Shown piece after piece: positions 37,266-46,062 of a stretch of 64,000 nt of DNA. How positions within the stretch are numbered: the stretch's first letter is position 1; each line of letters opens with the position of its first letter. The notes below the pieces were generated by a model. It worked only from the letters and a program-made list of their open reading frames with translations, was not told the origin of the DNA and did no database searches. Origin of the DNA: Myxococcota bacterium (GTDB lineage: Bacteria > Myxococcota > UBA4151); the NCBI GenBank assembly GCA_036338695.1, contig JAYZBQ010000026.1:1-64000 (forward strand), read 5' to 3'. Both the position numbers and the translations under genes were made by a program.

Positions 37266-38176
37266 TCAGGGATGCGAACCAAATCACGAAAGGCTTGATA
37301 GCGCTCAGCGATCTGCCCCTTATCGAGGGCTTTCAGGCGGTCCAGGCTAAAGTCCTCGACGGCGAAGCTTGCGGTCACGGAACCAGCGACCGCCGCACGC
37401 CGGATACCCTCTGCGTCCACGCGCCCGCTCGCAGCGAGGAAGCCCATGAAACCGCCAGCGAAGGAGTCGCCTGCGCCGGTCGGATCAACCACTCGCTCAA
37501 GCGGCATCGCCGGGACGGCGAAGATGCCGTCTTCCGAGAACATCAGGGCGCCGAATTCACCGCGCTTGATCACGACCGTGCTCGGACCCATCTCTTTGAT
37601 TTTTTGCGCCGCTTTCACGACGTTGTCTTCGCCGCTTAGAAGCTCCGCCTCTTTGTCGTTGATGAACAGGAGATCGACCCGAGCAACGACCGCCTCGAGC
37701 GCCGCTCGCTTGCCGGGGATGATGTCCTCGATCCAAAAGTTCATCGTGTCCAGCGCCACCAACCGCGGGGCGCGGATCTGATCGAGCACCTGCCCCTGCA
37801 GGACGGGGTCGATGTTGGCGAGGAACACATAATCGCTGCGCTCAAACCCTGCCGGCAGCTCGGGCTGAAACTGTTCAAAGACGTTGAGCTGCGTATCGAG
37901 CGTCGTCGCCTCGTTGAGGTCGTCATAGCGACCCTCCCAGCGAAAGGTCTGGCCCGGCTGACGCTGAAGCCCGGCGGTGTCGACACCGCGCGCTTCAAGC
38001 TCTTCCACGTGCCGCTCGGGAAAATCCTCACCCACGACCGCCACGAGGCGCACGGGCGTGAAGAAGGAAGCCGCCGTCGAGAAGAAGGTCGCCGAGCCGC
38101 CGAGTACCCCCTCACGCCGGCCGGCGTGGGTCTCGACGGTGTCGAAAGCCACCGAACCAACCACCAATAAACTCAT
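37262..38176 (-). CDS. PfkB-family carbohydrate kinase
   Basis: VVGSVAFD, GGSAT, DTMNFWI, NDKEA, DPTGAGDSFAGG. Confidence 0.92.
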   Translation of the reverse strand: MSLLVVGSVAFDTVETHAGRREGVLGGSATFFSTAASFFTPVRLVAVVGEDFPERHVEELEARGVDTAGLQRQPGQTFRWEGRYDDLNEATTLDTQLNVFEQFQPELPAGFERSDYVFLANIDPVLQGQVLDQIRAPRLVALDTMNFWIEDIIPGKRAALEAVVARVDLLFINDKEAELLSGEDNVVKAAQKIKEMGPSTVVIKRGEFGALMFSEDGIFAVPAMPLERVVDPTGAGDSFAGGFMGFLAASGRVDAEGIRRAAVAGSVTASFAVEDFSLDRLKALDKGQIAERYQAFRDLVRIPE

Positions 38177-38212
38177 GATTCAACTCCCCTGGTAGGGTGT
38201 AAGCGGAGCGTA

Positions 38213-39499
38213 CTACCGCTCGTTGAGGGGGATGAAGGCGCGGTGGTTCGGCCCCGTGTAGATCTGGCGCGGTCGACCGATGGGTTGCCCTTGCTCACGC
38301 ATCTCTTTCCAGTGGGCGATCCAACCTGGGAGGCGTCCCATGGCGAACATCACGGTCATCATGTCGGTCGGGATACCGAGCGCTCGGTAGATGATCCCCG
38401 AGTAGAAGTCGACGTTCGGGTAGAGCCGCCGCTCCACGAAGTACGGATCCGCCAGCGCCACCTCTTCGAGCTCTTTCGCGATCTCGAGCAGCGGGTCATG
38501 GATCCCGAGCTTGTCGAGCACGAGGTCTGCCTTCGACTTGAGGATCCGAGCTCGAGGGTCGAAATTCCGGTACACCCGGTGACCGAAACCCATGAGCCGG
38601 AACGGATCGTTCTTGTCTTTTGCCTTCTCGACCGCCTTCTTGACGTCTCCGCCGGCGCGCCGGACCTCCTCGAGCATCACCAGCACCGCCTGATTGGCGC
38701 CACCATGACGAGCGCCCCACAGCGCGCTGATCCCTGCAGAGACGCAGGCGTACAACGGCGCATGCCCGGACCCCACCAAGCGCACCGCCGACGTCGAGCA
38801 GTTCTGCTCGTGATCGGCGTGCAAAATGAGTAAGGTGTCGAGGGCGTTGCAGATGTCGTCATCAGCCAGCCACTCTTCCGTCGGAAACGAAAACATCATC
38901 CGCAGGAAGTTCGCCGGATAGCGCAGCGAGTTGTCAGGGTAGATGAAGGGCTGCCCTTGGCTCTTTTTGTACGCAAAAGCCGCCGCCGTCGGCAGCTTGG
39001 CGAGCAAGCGGTAGATGTCCAACTCCACCGCCTTGGGATCTTCCGTGTCGCCGTCTTGGTAGAAGGTCGACAGCGCCGCCATCGCCGCCGACAGGATCCC
39101 CATGGGGTGTGCGTCTTTCGGGAAGGCGTCGAAGAACCGCTTGAGGTCCTCGTGGAGCAGCGTGTGGCGGTTGAGCTCGCGCCGGTAGCTATCGAGCTGG
39201 GTTGCGTTCGGCAGCTCACCGCGCAGCAAGAGGTAGCAGACCTCGAGGAAGCTGCAACGCTCAGCGAGATCCTCGATGGCGTAGCCGCGGTACCGCAGGA
39301 TCCCGTTCGCGCCGTCAAGGAACGTCACGGCCGACTGGGTCGACGCGGTGTGTTTGAAGGCGACGTCGAGACTGACCATGCCGGTCTTATCCCGGAGCTT
39401 CGCCGCTCCCAAATCCAGTCCGATTTCGCCCTCGGTACCGATGACCACTGGGATGTCCACCGAGTGGTCCTTGTACGTTAGTTTCGCGTGCTCGCTCAT
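38213..39499 (-). CDS. gltA: Citrate synthase (type II)
   Basis: GILRYRGY, LILHADHEQNCST, HGGAN, LMGFGHRVY, LYPNVDFYSG, GRPRQIY. Confidence 0.97.
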   Translation of the reverse strand: MSEHAKLTYKDHSVDIPVVIGTEGEIGLDLGAAKLRDKTGMVSLDVAFKHTASTQSAVTFLDGANGILRYRGYAIEDLAERCSFLEVCYLLLRGELPNATQLDSYRRELNRHTLLHEDLKRFFDAFPKDAHPMGILSAAMAALSTFYQDGDTEDPKAVELDIYRLLAKLPTAAAFAYKKSQGQPFIYPDNSLRYPANFLRMMFSFPTEEWLADDDICNALDTLLILHADHEQNCSTSAVRLVGSGHAPLYACVSAGISALWGARHGGANQAVLVMLEEVRRAGGDVKKAVEKAKDKNDPFRLMGFGHRVYRNFDPRARILKSKADLVLDKLGIHDPLLEIAKELEEVALADPYFVERRLYPNVDFYSGIIYRALGIPTDMMTVMFAMGRLPGWIAHWKEMREQGQPIGRPRQIYTGPNHRAFIPLNER

Positions 39500-39560
39500 G
39501 ACTCTCCAGATCCACCTAAACGCTGTTTGAGATGGTGTTAGGCTAAGGCTCCGATGACGT

Positions 39561-40337
39561 CTACCCCGGACCCCCATACTCGGCGAGTTTTTGGCGTTTT
39601 TCGTCGGAACACAGGCAATCGGGCCGCTGCCGAACCGTCAGTGAGCGCCACTGCCCGCGCGCCAAGTCGGCGTGAAGCAAACGCCCGTAGGGAACCTCTT
39701 GGCGATTCATCAACGTCAACAGCGCCCACTGCACCATCATCCCAGCGATCGTCATGACTGCGCCGGGCAGCACGCCGTCCGCCGAACAGGACGCTGCTTG
39801 CTCCGGCTCGCGCTCAAATAAACAGCGGTAACATGGCTTGCCGCCGGGAGCTTGTGCGAAGAGCTGACCCGAATGACCGGTGACCGCGCCCGTGATGAGC
39901 CCTAAGCCAAGCGCAGCGCAGGCGTCCGCGACGGCGAAGCGCGTGGCGAAGTTGTCAGAACCGTCAACGACGAGGTCCGCTTCGCTGACGAGCGACGAGA
40001 AGTTCGACCGGTCGATCCGCGCCTGCCTGACCAGCAACTCCGTGTCGGCTCGCGCACGCACTGCGCCCGCAAGCGCTTCAGCTTTGGGCGCGCCGAGGTC
40101 CGCCTCAACGAAGGCGAGCTGTCGATGAAGGTTGCTCAGCTCGACGCGATCGTCATCGATGAGCACCAGCCGACCGACGCCAGCGCCAGCGAGCGCAAGG
40201 GCGACGGCCGAGCCGAGACCGCCGCATCCCACCAAGGCGACGGTTGAGTTCAGCAGGGCCTCCTGGCCACGCCCACCGACCGTGGGGAGAATGATCTGCC
40301 GACTGTAGCGCTCAAGCTGGCTCGGTGTCAGCGCCAT
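39561..40337 (-). CDS. moeB: MoeB/ThiF/HesA-family adenylyltransferase
   Basis: RYSRQIIL, VGCGGLGS, DDDRVELSNLHRQ, DGSDNF, PCYRC. Confidence 0.85.
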   Translation of the reverse strand: MALTPSQLERYSRQIILPTVGGRGQEALLNSTVALVGCGGLGSAVALALAGAGVGRLVLIDDDRVELSNLHRQLAFVEADLGAPKAEALAGAVRARADTELLVRQARIDRSNFSSLVSEADLVVDGSDNFATRFAVADACAALGLGLITGAVTGHSGQLFAQAPGGKPCYRCLFEREPEQAASCSADGVLPGAVMTIAGMMVQWALLTLMNRQEVPYGRLLHADLARGQWRSLTVRQRPDCLCSDEKRQKLAEYGGPG

Positions 40338-40906
40338 GGCAGGCTCACCGAGCCGTGGCGTAAAATGGTCGCCGTCTCTCTTGAGACATCGACCAACGTG
40401 CTCGGCGGCTCATCGCCCGTCTCGCCGGCTAGGTACCCAGCGATGAGCCCACCAAAGGCTTCAAGCTCATCCGGTCGCCGCGCCGGCGGTTGTCCCGAAC
40501 GGTTCAAGCTGGTCGCTGTCAGGGGACCGCCATAATCTGCCGCAAGCGCCCTTGTCTGAGACCTCGCCGGCACCCGCACGGCGACGCCACCAACGGTCGA
40601 GACGACCATCGCTGGGAGCCCAGGCGCCGCCGCGAACACCAAGGTCAGCTCCGCCGGCCACAGCGCAGCGCAGCGCTCAGCGATCGGCGTCCAGCGATGG
40701 ACCAACGGGTCCACCTGGCTCCGGTCGGCGGCGATCAAACCCACCGGCGCATCACGCCCGGGTTTGAGCTGCGCCATGGCGACCTCCGCCTCCGGGTGAA
40801 ACGGGTCGAGCGCAAACCCGTAGCCGCAGTCGGTCGGAAAGGCCACCGCCCGCCCCTGAGCCAGCAGGCGGCAGGCGGCCGCTACGTCGAGCTCGGCGAG
40901 CGTCAC
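40328..40906 (-). CDS. tsaC: L-threonylcarbamoyladenylate synthase (TsaC/Sua5/YrdC family)
   Basis: VAFPTDCGYG, WPAELT, VAVRVP, TSLNRSG, PSTLVD, ILRHG. GTG start overlaps the upstream stop. Confidence 0.78.
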   Translation of the reverse strand: MTLAELDVAAACRLLAQGRAVAFPTDCGYGFALDPFHPEAEVAMAQLKPGRDAPVGLIAADRSQVDPLVHRWTPIAERCAALWPAELTLVFAAAPGLPAMVVSTVGGVAVRVPARSQTRALAADYGGPLTATSLNRSGQPPARRPDELEAFGGLIAGYLAGETGDEPPSTLVDVSRETATILRHGSVSLPWR

Positions 40907-42597
40907 GGACAGCTGTTCGCCGACCAACTCAGCGGGCTCGGCGCTGCGTTGCAGAAGGTGTCTGCGTCGAGCCGTTCGCGATTTTTCGACTCGCCGGTCA
41001 CCGAGACCAGCCGCGGCGTCTGCGAGAGCGTCCGGGCGGCGTCATCGATCAACGCCATCGTCAGGTCCGAGTTGGACAAACCAAAGCTGAACAGCTTGCT
41101 AGAGTCCGTACGCATCAAGTTCGCCTCGCTCAGACCCGGAAAGCTCGCTAGGGCGAAGCCATTTCCGACAAGTAGGAGATAACCGCCCGCTGCGATACGG
41201 GTCCCCTCGGGAAGGTCGATGCGCGAGGTGCTCCCAACCCGCTGCACGTGCCACCCTCCGAGGTCGATCGGCTCTTGGCCAAAGTTGTGCAGCTCGACGA
41301 ATTCGCCCGAGTTGTCCGGGTCGCGCCCCGAGGCAGCGAGCACCTCCGTGATCGAGACGTCCGGCAGATCGATCGTGGTCACCCGTAGGTCCTCGCTCTC
41401 AAACGAGTTGAGCGCCAGGTCCTTGGAACGCAAGAAGAAGGTGAGCTCTTGACCGATGCTCAGCCCGGTCAGGCGAACCTCATGTTGGCAGGGGTTGCCG
41501 ACGCATGCCGCCCCCCAAAAGCTTTGGTCCGAGTCACCCATCACGACCACCTCAGTACTGCTCGACTCGTCCGTCTGCCAGCGCACCAAGACCTCCGTCT
41601 CGCCCGCCACCAGCTCGGGTTGACCGATCAGCTGTGGCGCCTGGTTATCCGGCCCCGCACTGGTCCGAAAAGCGAGCCGATTTTGCTCCATCAGGTTGCC
41701 CTCTTGGTCGCGCATGTTCTGGACGACGATGGCGTAGTCGCTCGTCGGGCACAGGTAATCGCTGTCGTCCGCTTCGAGGCAGCGCCCTCGGTGGCTCGGC
41801 GCCGAAGCAAGCGTCGGTAAGGTGACCGACAGGACCTTGCCGCTGAGCGTTGCGTCGAGGTCCACCGAGGCGAGGTTGTCCCCAAGCACCAGCCGTACAT
41901 CCCCCGCCGAGACCGACTGCATGGTACGGTCAAACTCGAGCCGCAGCGCCCGCCGATTGGTCGGCACATTACCGTTCGGAAACTCCGTGGTGAAACCAGG
42001 CAAATCCGCGCCGATGACCGACGGAGGACCGGCTGCGCTGCGGTATACCGTGATCACGTGCGGTAAGCCCTCACCCTGCTCTTGCTCGGGCGTCGGCGGC
42101 GACCCGAGGCGATTCCCGGCAGCGTCGCGGATCACGCTTGAGAGCACGACCATGTACTCGGTGTTCGCCCGCAGGGTCTCCATGGGCTGCAACAGCACCG
42201 TGCGCTCATCGTCGAGTAAGGTCACTCGACTCGGGACACAGCGCGCAAAGTAGCTGGCTGCATCGAGCCCGTCGTCACCGGCGTTAAGGTCGGTGATCAT
42301 CGCCTGGCTCAGGTTCGACTCTGGCTGACCGGCCTCGTCGAGTTCGGGGCGTCCGTCATCATCGAGCTTGTAGCGTGTCATCAACAAGACCGTACCCGAC
42401 TGACCGCCAAGCGCTGGCTCGATCGTCTGCCGCGCGAGCGGCTCGCTAAAGACGATCCGAATGGAAGGGTCGAGCGGTAAGAGGGTCCCGGTCGACGGCT
42501 CAACGGACGCCAACTCCGGACCGACCAGATCGATCGGCGGGAGGTCGGTGTCGATACAGGCTGCCAGCAACGCAACCGCAGGGATCAGCCGCTTCAC
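40903..42597 (-). CDS. Lipoprotein with Ig-like (Big_5), FN3-like and lamin-tail (LTD) domains
   Basis: Lipobox LLAAC; Big_5 motifs (IRIVFSEPL, LRANTEY, IRDAAGNRL, MRDQEGNLM); FN3-like VRWQTDE...HEVRLTGL; LTD ITEVLA...EFVELHN...IDLGGW...IAAGGYLL...LSNS. Confidence 0.8.
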   Translation of the reverse strand: MKRLIPAVALLAACIDTDLPPIDLVGPELASVEPSTGTLLPLDPSIRIVFSEPLARQTIEPALGGQSGTVLLMTRYKLDDDGRPELDEAGQPESNLSQAMITDLNAGDDGLDAASYFARCVPSRVTLLDDERTVLLQPMETLRANTEYMVVLSSVIRDAAGNRLGSPPTPEQEQGEGLPHVITVYRSAAGPPSVIGADLPGFTTEFPNGNVPTNRRALRLEFDRTMQSVSAGDVRLVLGDNLASVDLDATLSGKVLSVTLPTLASAPSHRGRCLEADDSDYLCPTSDYAIVVQNMRDQEGNLMEQNRLAFRTSAGPDNQAPQLIGQPELVAGETEVLVRWQTDESSSTEVVVMGDSDQSFWGAACVGNPCQHEVRLTGLSIGQELTFFLRSKDLALNSFESEDLRVTTIDLPDVSITEVLAASGRDPDNSGEFVELHNFGQEPIDLGGWHVQRVGSTSRIDLPEGTRIAAGGYLLLVGNGFALASFPGLSEANLMRTDSSKLFSFGLSNSDLTMALIDDAARTLSQTPRLVSVTGESKNRERLDADTFCNAAPSPLSWSANSCP

Positions 42598-43190
42598 CGG
42601 ACGATCTGCTTCGAGAACCAGCCGCCCGTGAGACCGTCCAGATAGGCGGTCAGCTCGGCGATGCGCAGCTCTTGCTTGACGCGCTCCTTGGCGCTGATGT
42701 CCTCGGCGAGCAACAAGTCGACCTGCGCTCGCCGGCGCGAGAAGTAGATCTTCGTCACCTCCGAGACCAGGCTGTCCCGCTGACGCGAGGCGTTGACCAC
42801 CGCACGCCTCAGGGCGATCTCGGAGCGGTTGAAGACCGCCTCGTTGAGATCCCAGGTTGCGCGCAGCTCGTAGCCCACTTTCTCATCGGCGCCGACCACC
42901 TGCCGCGGCTCGCTCGTCGACGAGGTGAAGGTGCGCGTGTCGTCGGAGTCGGTGTCGTAGTCAACGGCTACGCGCACCTCGGGGAGAAGGCTCGAGAGCC
43001 TGGCTCGCTGACGCCATGAGGCAACCTTGGCTGGCTCGGCGTGCGCATAGGTCATGGCGCGCCGCTGGACGGAGCGCACGTTCGGCTCATGGTCAAAGCG
43101 TGCGAGGATCTCCTGAGCTGCCCCTTGCGGGTCGTCGGCGAGAGACGGCGCAGCGAAGGCGATGACGAATAGAAAAGTGATGGATCTCAC
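42594..43190 (-). CDS. Secreted protein resembling a single TolC/OEP repeat
   Basis: Signal peptide; LLPEVRVAVDY and VGYELRATWDL beta-hairpin flanked by long helices (LVSEVTKIYF, LDGLTGG). Confidence 0.6.
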   Translation of the reverse strand: MRSITFLFVIAFAAPSLADDPQGAAQEILARFDHEPNVRSVQRRAMTYAHAEPAKVASWRQRARLSSLLPEVRVAVDYDTDSDDTRTFTSSTSEPRQVVGADEKVGYELRATWDLNEAVFNRSEIALRRAVVNASRQRDSLVSEVTKIYFSRRRAQVDLLLAEDISAKERVKQELRIAELTAYLDGLTGGWFSKQIVR

Positions 43191-44770
43191 GGGATCTCCT
43201 GGTTGAGCAAGCCCTCGACGAGAGCTCTTTTGGTCTGGACTCGAATCAAACGATGAACGGCGGATTTGAGGGTCCGCGGCGGATGCAGGATGAGGCGGCG
43301 CTCCGCCGCGAGATAGCCGGCGAGCGAGCGAGCAGCTCGCTTGCTCACCCGCCGCCGCTCGCGAACGGTCGAGAGCCGAAGAGACTCAAGACTCGTGCGC
43401 TGGCGCGCCACGCGCGCCGGTGCGGGTCGCCACGTCAGCTGGACGAGGGCTCGCCAGCCTGCGTCGACGAGGTCATTGCGCCATTCGCGCTCGGCGTCGA
43501 CGAGGTCCGGGTCTAAATCTTCCGGGTCGACATCGAGCGTATCGGCGAGCGCTTCCAGGTCGCGCACACCCACGCCGCGCCGCGCGTTGCGATCAAACAA
43601 GAAGGTCACCTGAGGCAACCAGGTCGCCCAGGCTGGGTCCTCGGTAGGCAGCTCAAGCCCGCGCTGCGCCAGCGCCCGCTGCGTCCGATCGGAGAAGGCG
43701 ACTGCGCGCCGTGCGCTCAGGACGCTACCCAGCCTCGCCAGCATCTGATCCTCGGCGAGTCGCTCGGGTAAGACGACGCCCGTGCTTGTCGCGAGCCAGA
43801 GCCCACCGTAATCCAAGACGCCGCGCAGGTCGCCGTCCGTCGGACGGATCGGCACCCAGCGTAAGGTCTCGCCAGCTTGGCGCCAGAGCTCCTCGGTCGT
43901 GACGATAAAGTCGTCGTCGCCGATCCGCATCACGGCGCCCGCGACTTGTTTGCCGCTTGGTCGCACCTGTCCTTGCTCATCGAGCGATGAGACCTTGCCC
44001 GAACGAACCACAACCAGCCGATCGTCCAATGAACCGAAGGCTTCGGCGATCACACCCGAGCGCCGAATCGGACGCTCGGCGAGCTCGTAGATACCACCGC
44101 CCGTCGCGGCATAGGCGACCCCTTGCCGCACCGCGAGGCCTGTCAGCAGACCGGGCAGTGGGCCGCTGATTCGAGTCCACTCACCGGGCCGGATCAGGCG
44201 ATAAAATCCGCGCTCGGTGGCGGCGACCAAGAGCCCTGGGCCGACGACGAGGTCGTAGCAGGCGCTCCCGAGATGACCCAGGCGACGCACCGTCGCGCCG
44301 GCACGCATCACGCCGTCGACCGTGCACGCCCAGAACCAGCCGCGCGAGCTAACCGCCGAGAGCACCGTGCGATAACTTGGCGCGTTCGCTTCCTGCGTGC
44401 CCTCAAAGCGCAGCTTGGGTTTGGGGCGGTCGTAGCCAAGTAGGTCGGCTGCCGCTCTCAGCGCCGCCGTCTCACCGTAGCTTGGAACCAACTCCTCGAC
44501 GACCTCATCAAAGGCCCTAAGCTTCTCAAGTTGCTCTTCATTTTCTGGCGCTTCGATCGCCTCACGGTTGACCCCGCGCAGGCTCCAAGCGTGCCAAAGC
44601 TTCCAATCTGTGCCACTCCACTGATAGAGCCCATCGGCGGTCGTGGCGATCACCAGCCCTTGATGCAGCGTGATCGTATCGGTCGGCGAGCTCTCAGGGC
44701 CAGCAGCAGCCGCGTGCCGACTCAATGCGACCACGAGGATAAACCATGTACTCAAGTTGGCGACACGCAT
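43187..44770 (-). CDS. Secreted beta-propeller-like protein with C-terminal domain paralogous to the downstream gene
   Basis: Signal peptide; repeated blades (IATTADGLY, WACTVDGV, VAATERGFY, YAATGGGIY, WLATSTGV); C-terminal WLPQVTF...ALVQLTW...LVEGLL. Confidence 0.6.
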   Translation of the reverse strand: MRVANLSTWFILVVALSRHAAAAGPESSPTDTITLHQGLVIATTADGLYQWSGTDWKLWHAWSLRGVNREAIEAPENEEQLEKLRAFDEVVEELVPSYGETAALRAAADLLGYDRPKPKLRFEGTQEANAPSYRTVLSAVSSRGWFWACTVDGVMRAGATVRRLGHLGSACYDLVVGPGLLVAATERGFYRLIRPGEWTRISGPLPGLLTGLAVRQGVAYAATGGGIYELAERPIRRSGVIAEAFGSLDDRLVVVRSGKVSSLDEQGQVRPSGKQVAGAVMRIGDDDFIVTTEELWRQAGETLRWVPIRPTDGDLRGVLDYGGLWLATSTGVVLPERLAEDQMLARLGSVLSARRAVAFSDRTQRALAQRGLELPTEDPAWATWLPQVTFLFDRNARRGVGVRDLEALADTLDVDPEDLDPDLVDAEREWRNDLVDAGWRALVQLTWRPAPARVARQRTSLESLRLSTVRERRRVSKRAARSLAGYLAAERRLILHPPRTLKSAVHRLIRVQTKRALVEGLLNQEIP

Positions 44771-45996
44771 GGGCAGACACTGCAACGATTGTCCGACGCC
44801 GGCAAGTAAGCGGCTTGTGGATTGGGATGTTGTTGTGGGGCTGTTCGCCGCTTGAGGCGACGCTGAGCCCTGCGGCGGTTCCCGACACCGGCTCGAATCG
44901 AATCGAGATCAGCCTGGGTCCTGGCCAGGACCTACGCGCTTACACCACCGCAAGCATCGGTGAACTCGAGCTGCTCATTCGCCACCAAACAAGCGGCTCA
45001 TTCGTGGAGTTGCCGGCGCTGAGCGAGGGGGTTTACCCGCTGGCGCTGGACGGCCAATCGACCGGGGCCACGCTGACAGTGTATCCCGCCGAGCTCATCG
45101 TCGAGTTCGTCGACGTTGGCCAGGGTGACGCAGTGATCATCCGAGCGCCGAGCGGAGAGGCGTACTTGGTCGATACCGGCCCGAGCGGTAGCGCCGAGGT
45201 GCTGCGACAGCGCCTTCGCCACCATCAGATCGAGCGGCTCGAACAGGTGATCCTCACCCACACCGACGCCGACCACATCGGCGGACTCGCCGAGCTGCTC
45301 GAGGGACCCGACGGTCTCATCGGGAGCGCAGACGACGTCATCGTGGGGGCGCTCGTCGAGGACGGCAGCTTGAGCGAGCGCACCACGCAGACGGCGCGCA
45401 CGCTCCACGCGCTGACGATCGATCGGTTGCCACGCCGCGTTGCGCAAGCAGGTGACGCCATCACGCTGCCAGGCGGTTTCCGCCTCACGACGGTGAGCGC
45501 CGGCGGCGCCACCGTCACGCAGCCTGCGAGCCAGGAGGCGCAAGCGCACGCCAACGCTCGCTCGGTGACGCTGACCGTCTGCTTAGACGGCTGGTGCGGG
45601 TGGCTTGGCGGGGACCTGACCGGTGGCGGACTCAACACGCCAGACGTTGAGCGACTCGTGACCCGGGAGCTGGGCGCCATGGCCTTCGTCAAGGTGCCTC
45701 ATCATGGCTCACGCTCGTCCTCGAGCGCTGGACTGGTCGAGACCCTTAGCCCGCGCCTCGCAGTGATGAGCCTCGGCACCAACAACGACCACTGTCACCC
45801 CACGCCCGAGGTGGTGCAGCGCTGGTCGCGTACCGCGACCGTCCTGAGCACCGGCTCGGGGCAGGTGAGCCCCGGTCGCTGCGATGAAACGAGCTGGCCA
45901 GCGACGAGCCGCGCGGGGTGCGGAAGCATGACCCTGAGCAAGGGGAGTCGCCCCACTGCGACGATCTCATGTGGCGCTGAGCTGATCACATTCTAG
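44746..45996 (+). CDS. ComEC/Rec2-type metallo-beta-lactamase-fold hydrolase (probable nuclease), lipoprotein; start uncertain (44746, 44815 or 44827)
   Basis: LLWGC lipobox; FVDVGQGDA, LVDTG, THTDADHIGG, GGDL, KVPHHGS, HP. No ComEC membrane domain. Confidence 0.8.
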   Translation: MYSSWRHAWADTATIVRRRQVSGLWIGMLLWGCSPLEATLSPAAVPDTGSNRIEISLGPGQDLRAYTTASIGELELLIRHQTSGSFVELPALSEGVYPLALDGQSTGATLTVYPAELIVEFVDVGQGDAVIIRAPSGEAYLVDTGPSGSAEVLRQRLRHHQIERLEQVILTHTDADHIGGLAELLEGPDGLIGSADDVIVGALVEDGSLSERTTQTARTLHALTIDRLPRRVAQAGDAITLPGGFRLTTVSAGGATVTQPASQEAQAHANARSVTLTVCLDGWCGWLGGDLTGGGLNTPDVERLVTRELGAMAFVKVPHHGSRSSSSAGLVETLSPRLAVMSLGTNNDHCHPTPEVVQRWSRTATVLSTGSGQVSPGRCDETSWPATSRAGCGSMTLSKGSRPTATISCGAELITF

Positions 45997-46062
45997 GCAT
46001 GGCTGCGGGCACCTACAGACAAACGCTCGCGGGTTGGATAAGGTGTCTCGAGCGGAGTACAG

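Noticed and set aside
39561..40906. Motif deviations in moeB (C-terminal CLC rather than CxxC) and tsaC (PTDCGYG, TSLN)
   Set aside because: The other core motifs are intact and the deviations are within plausible family variation; not enough to claim altered function.
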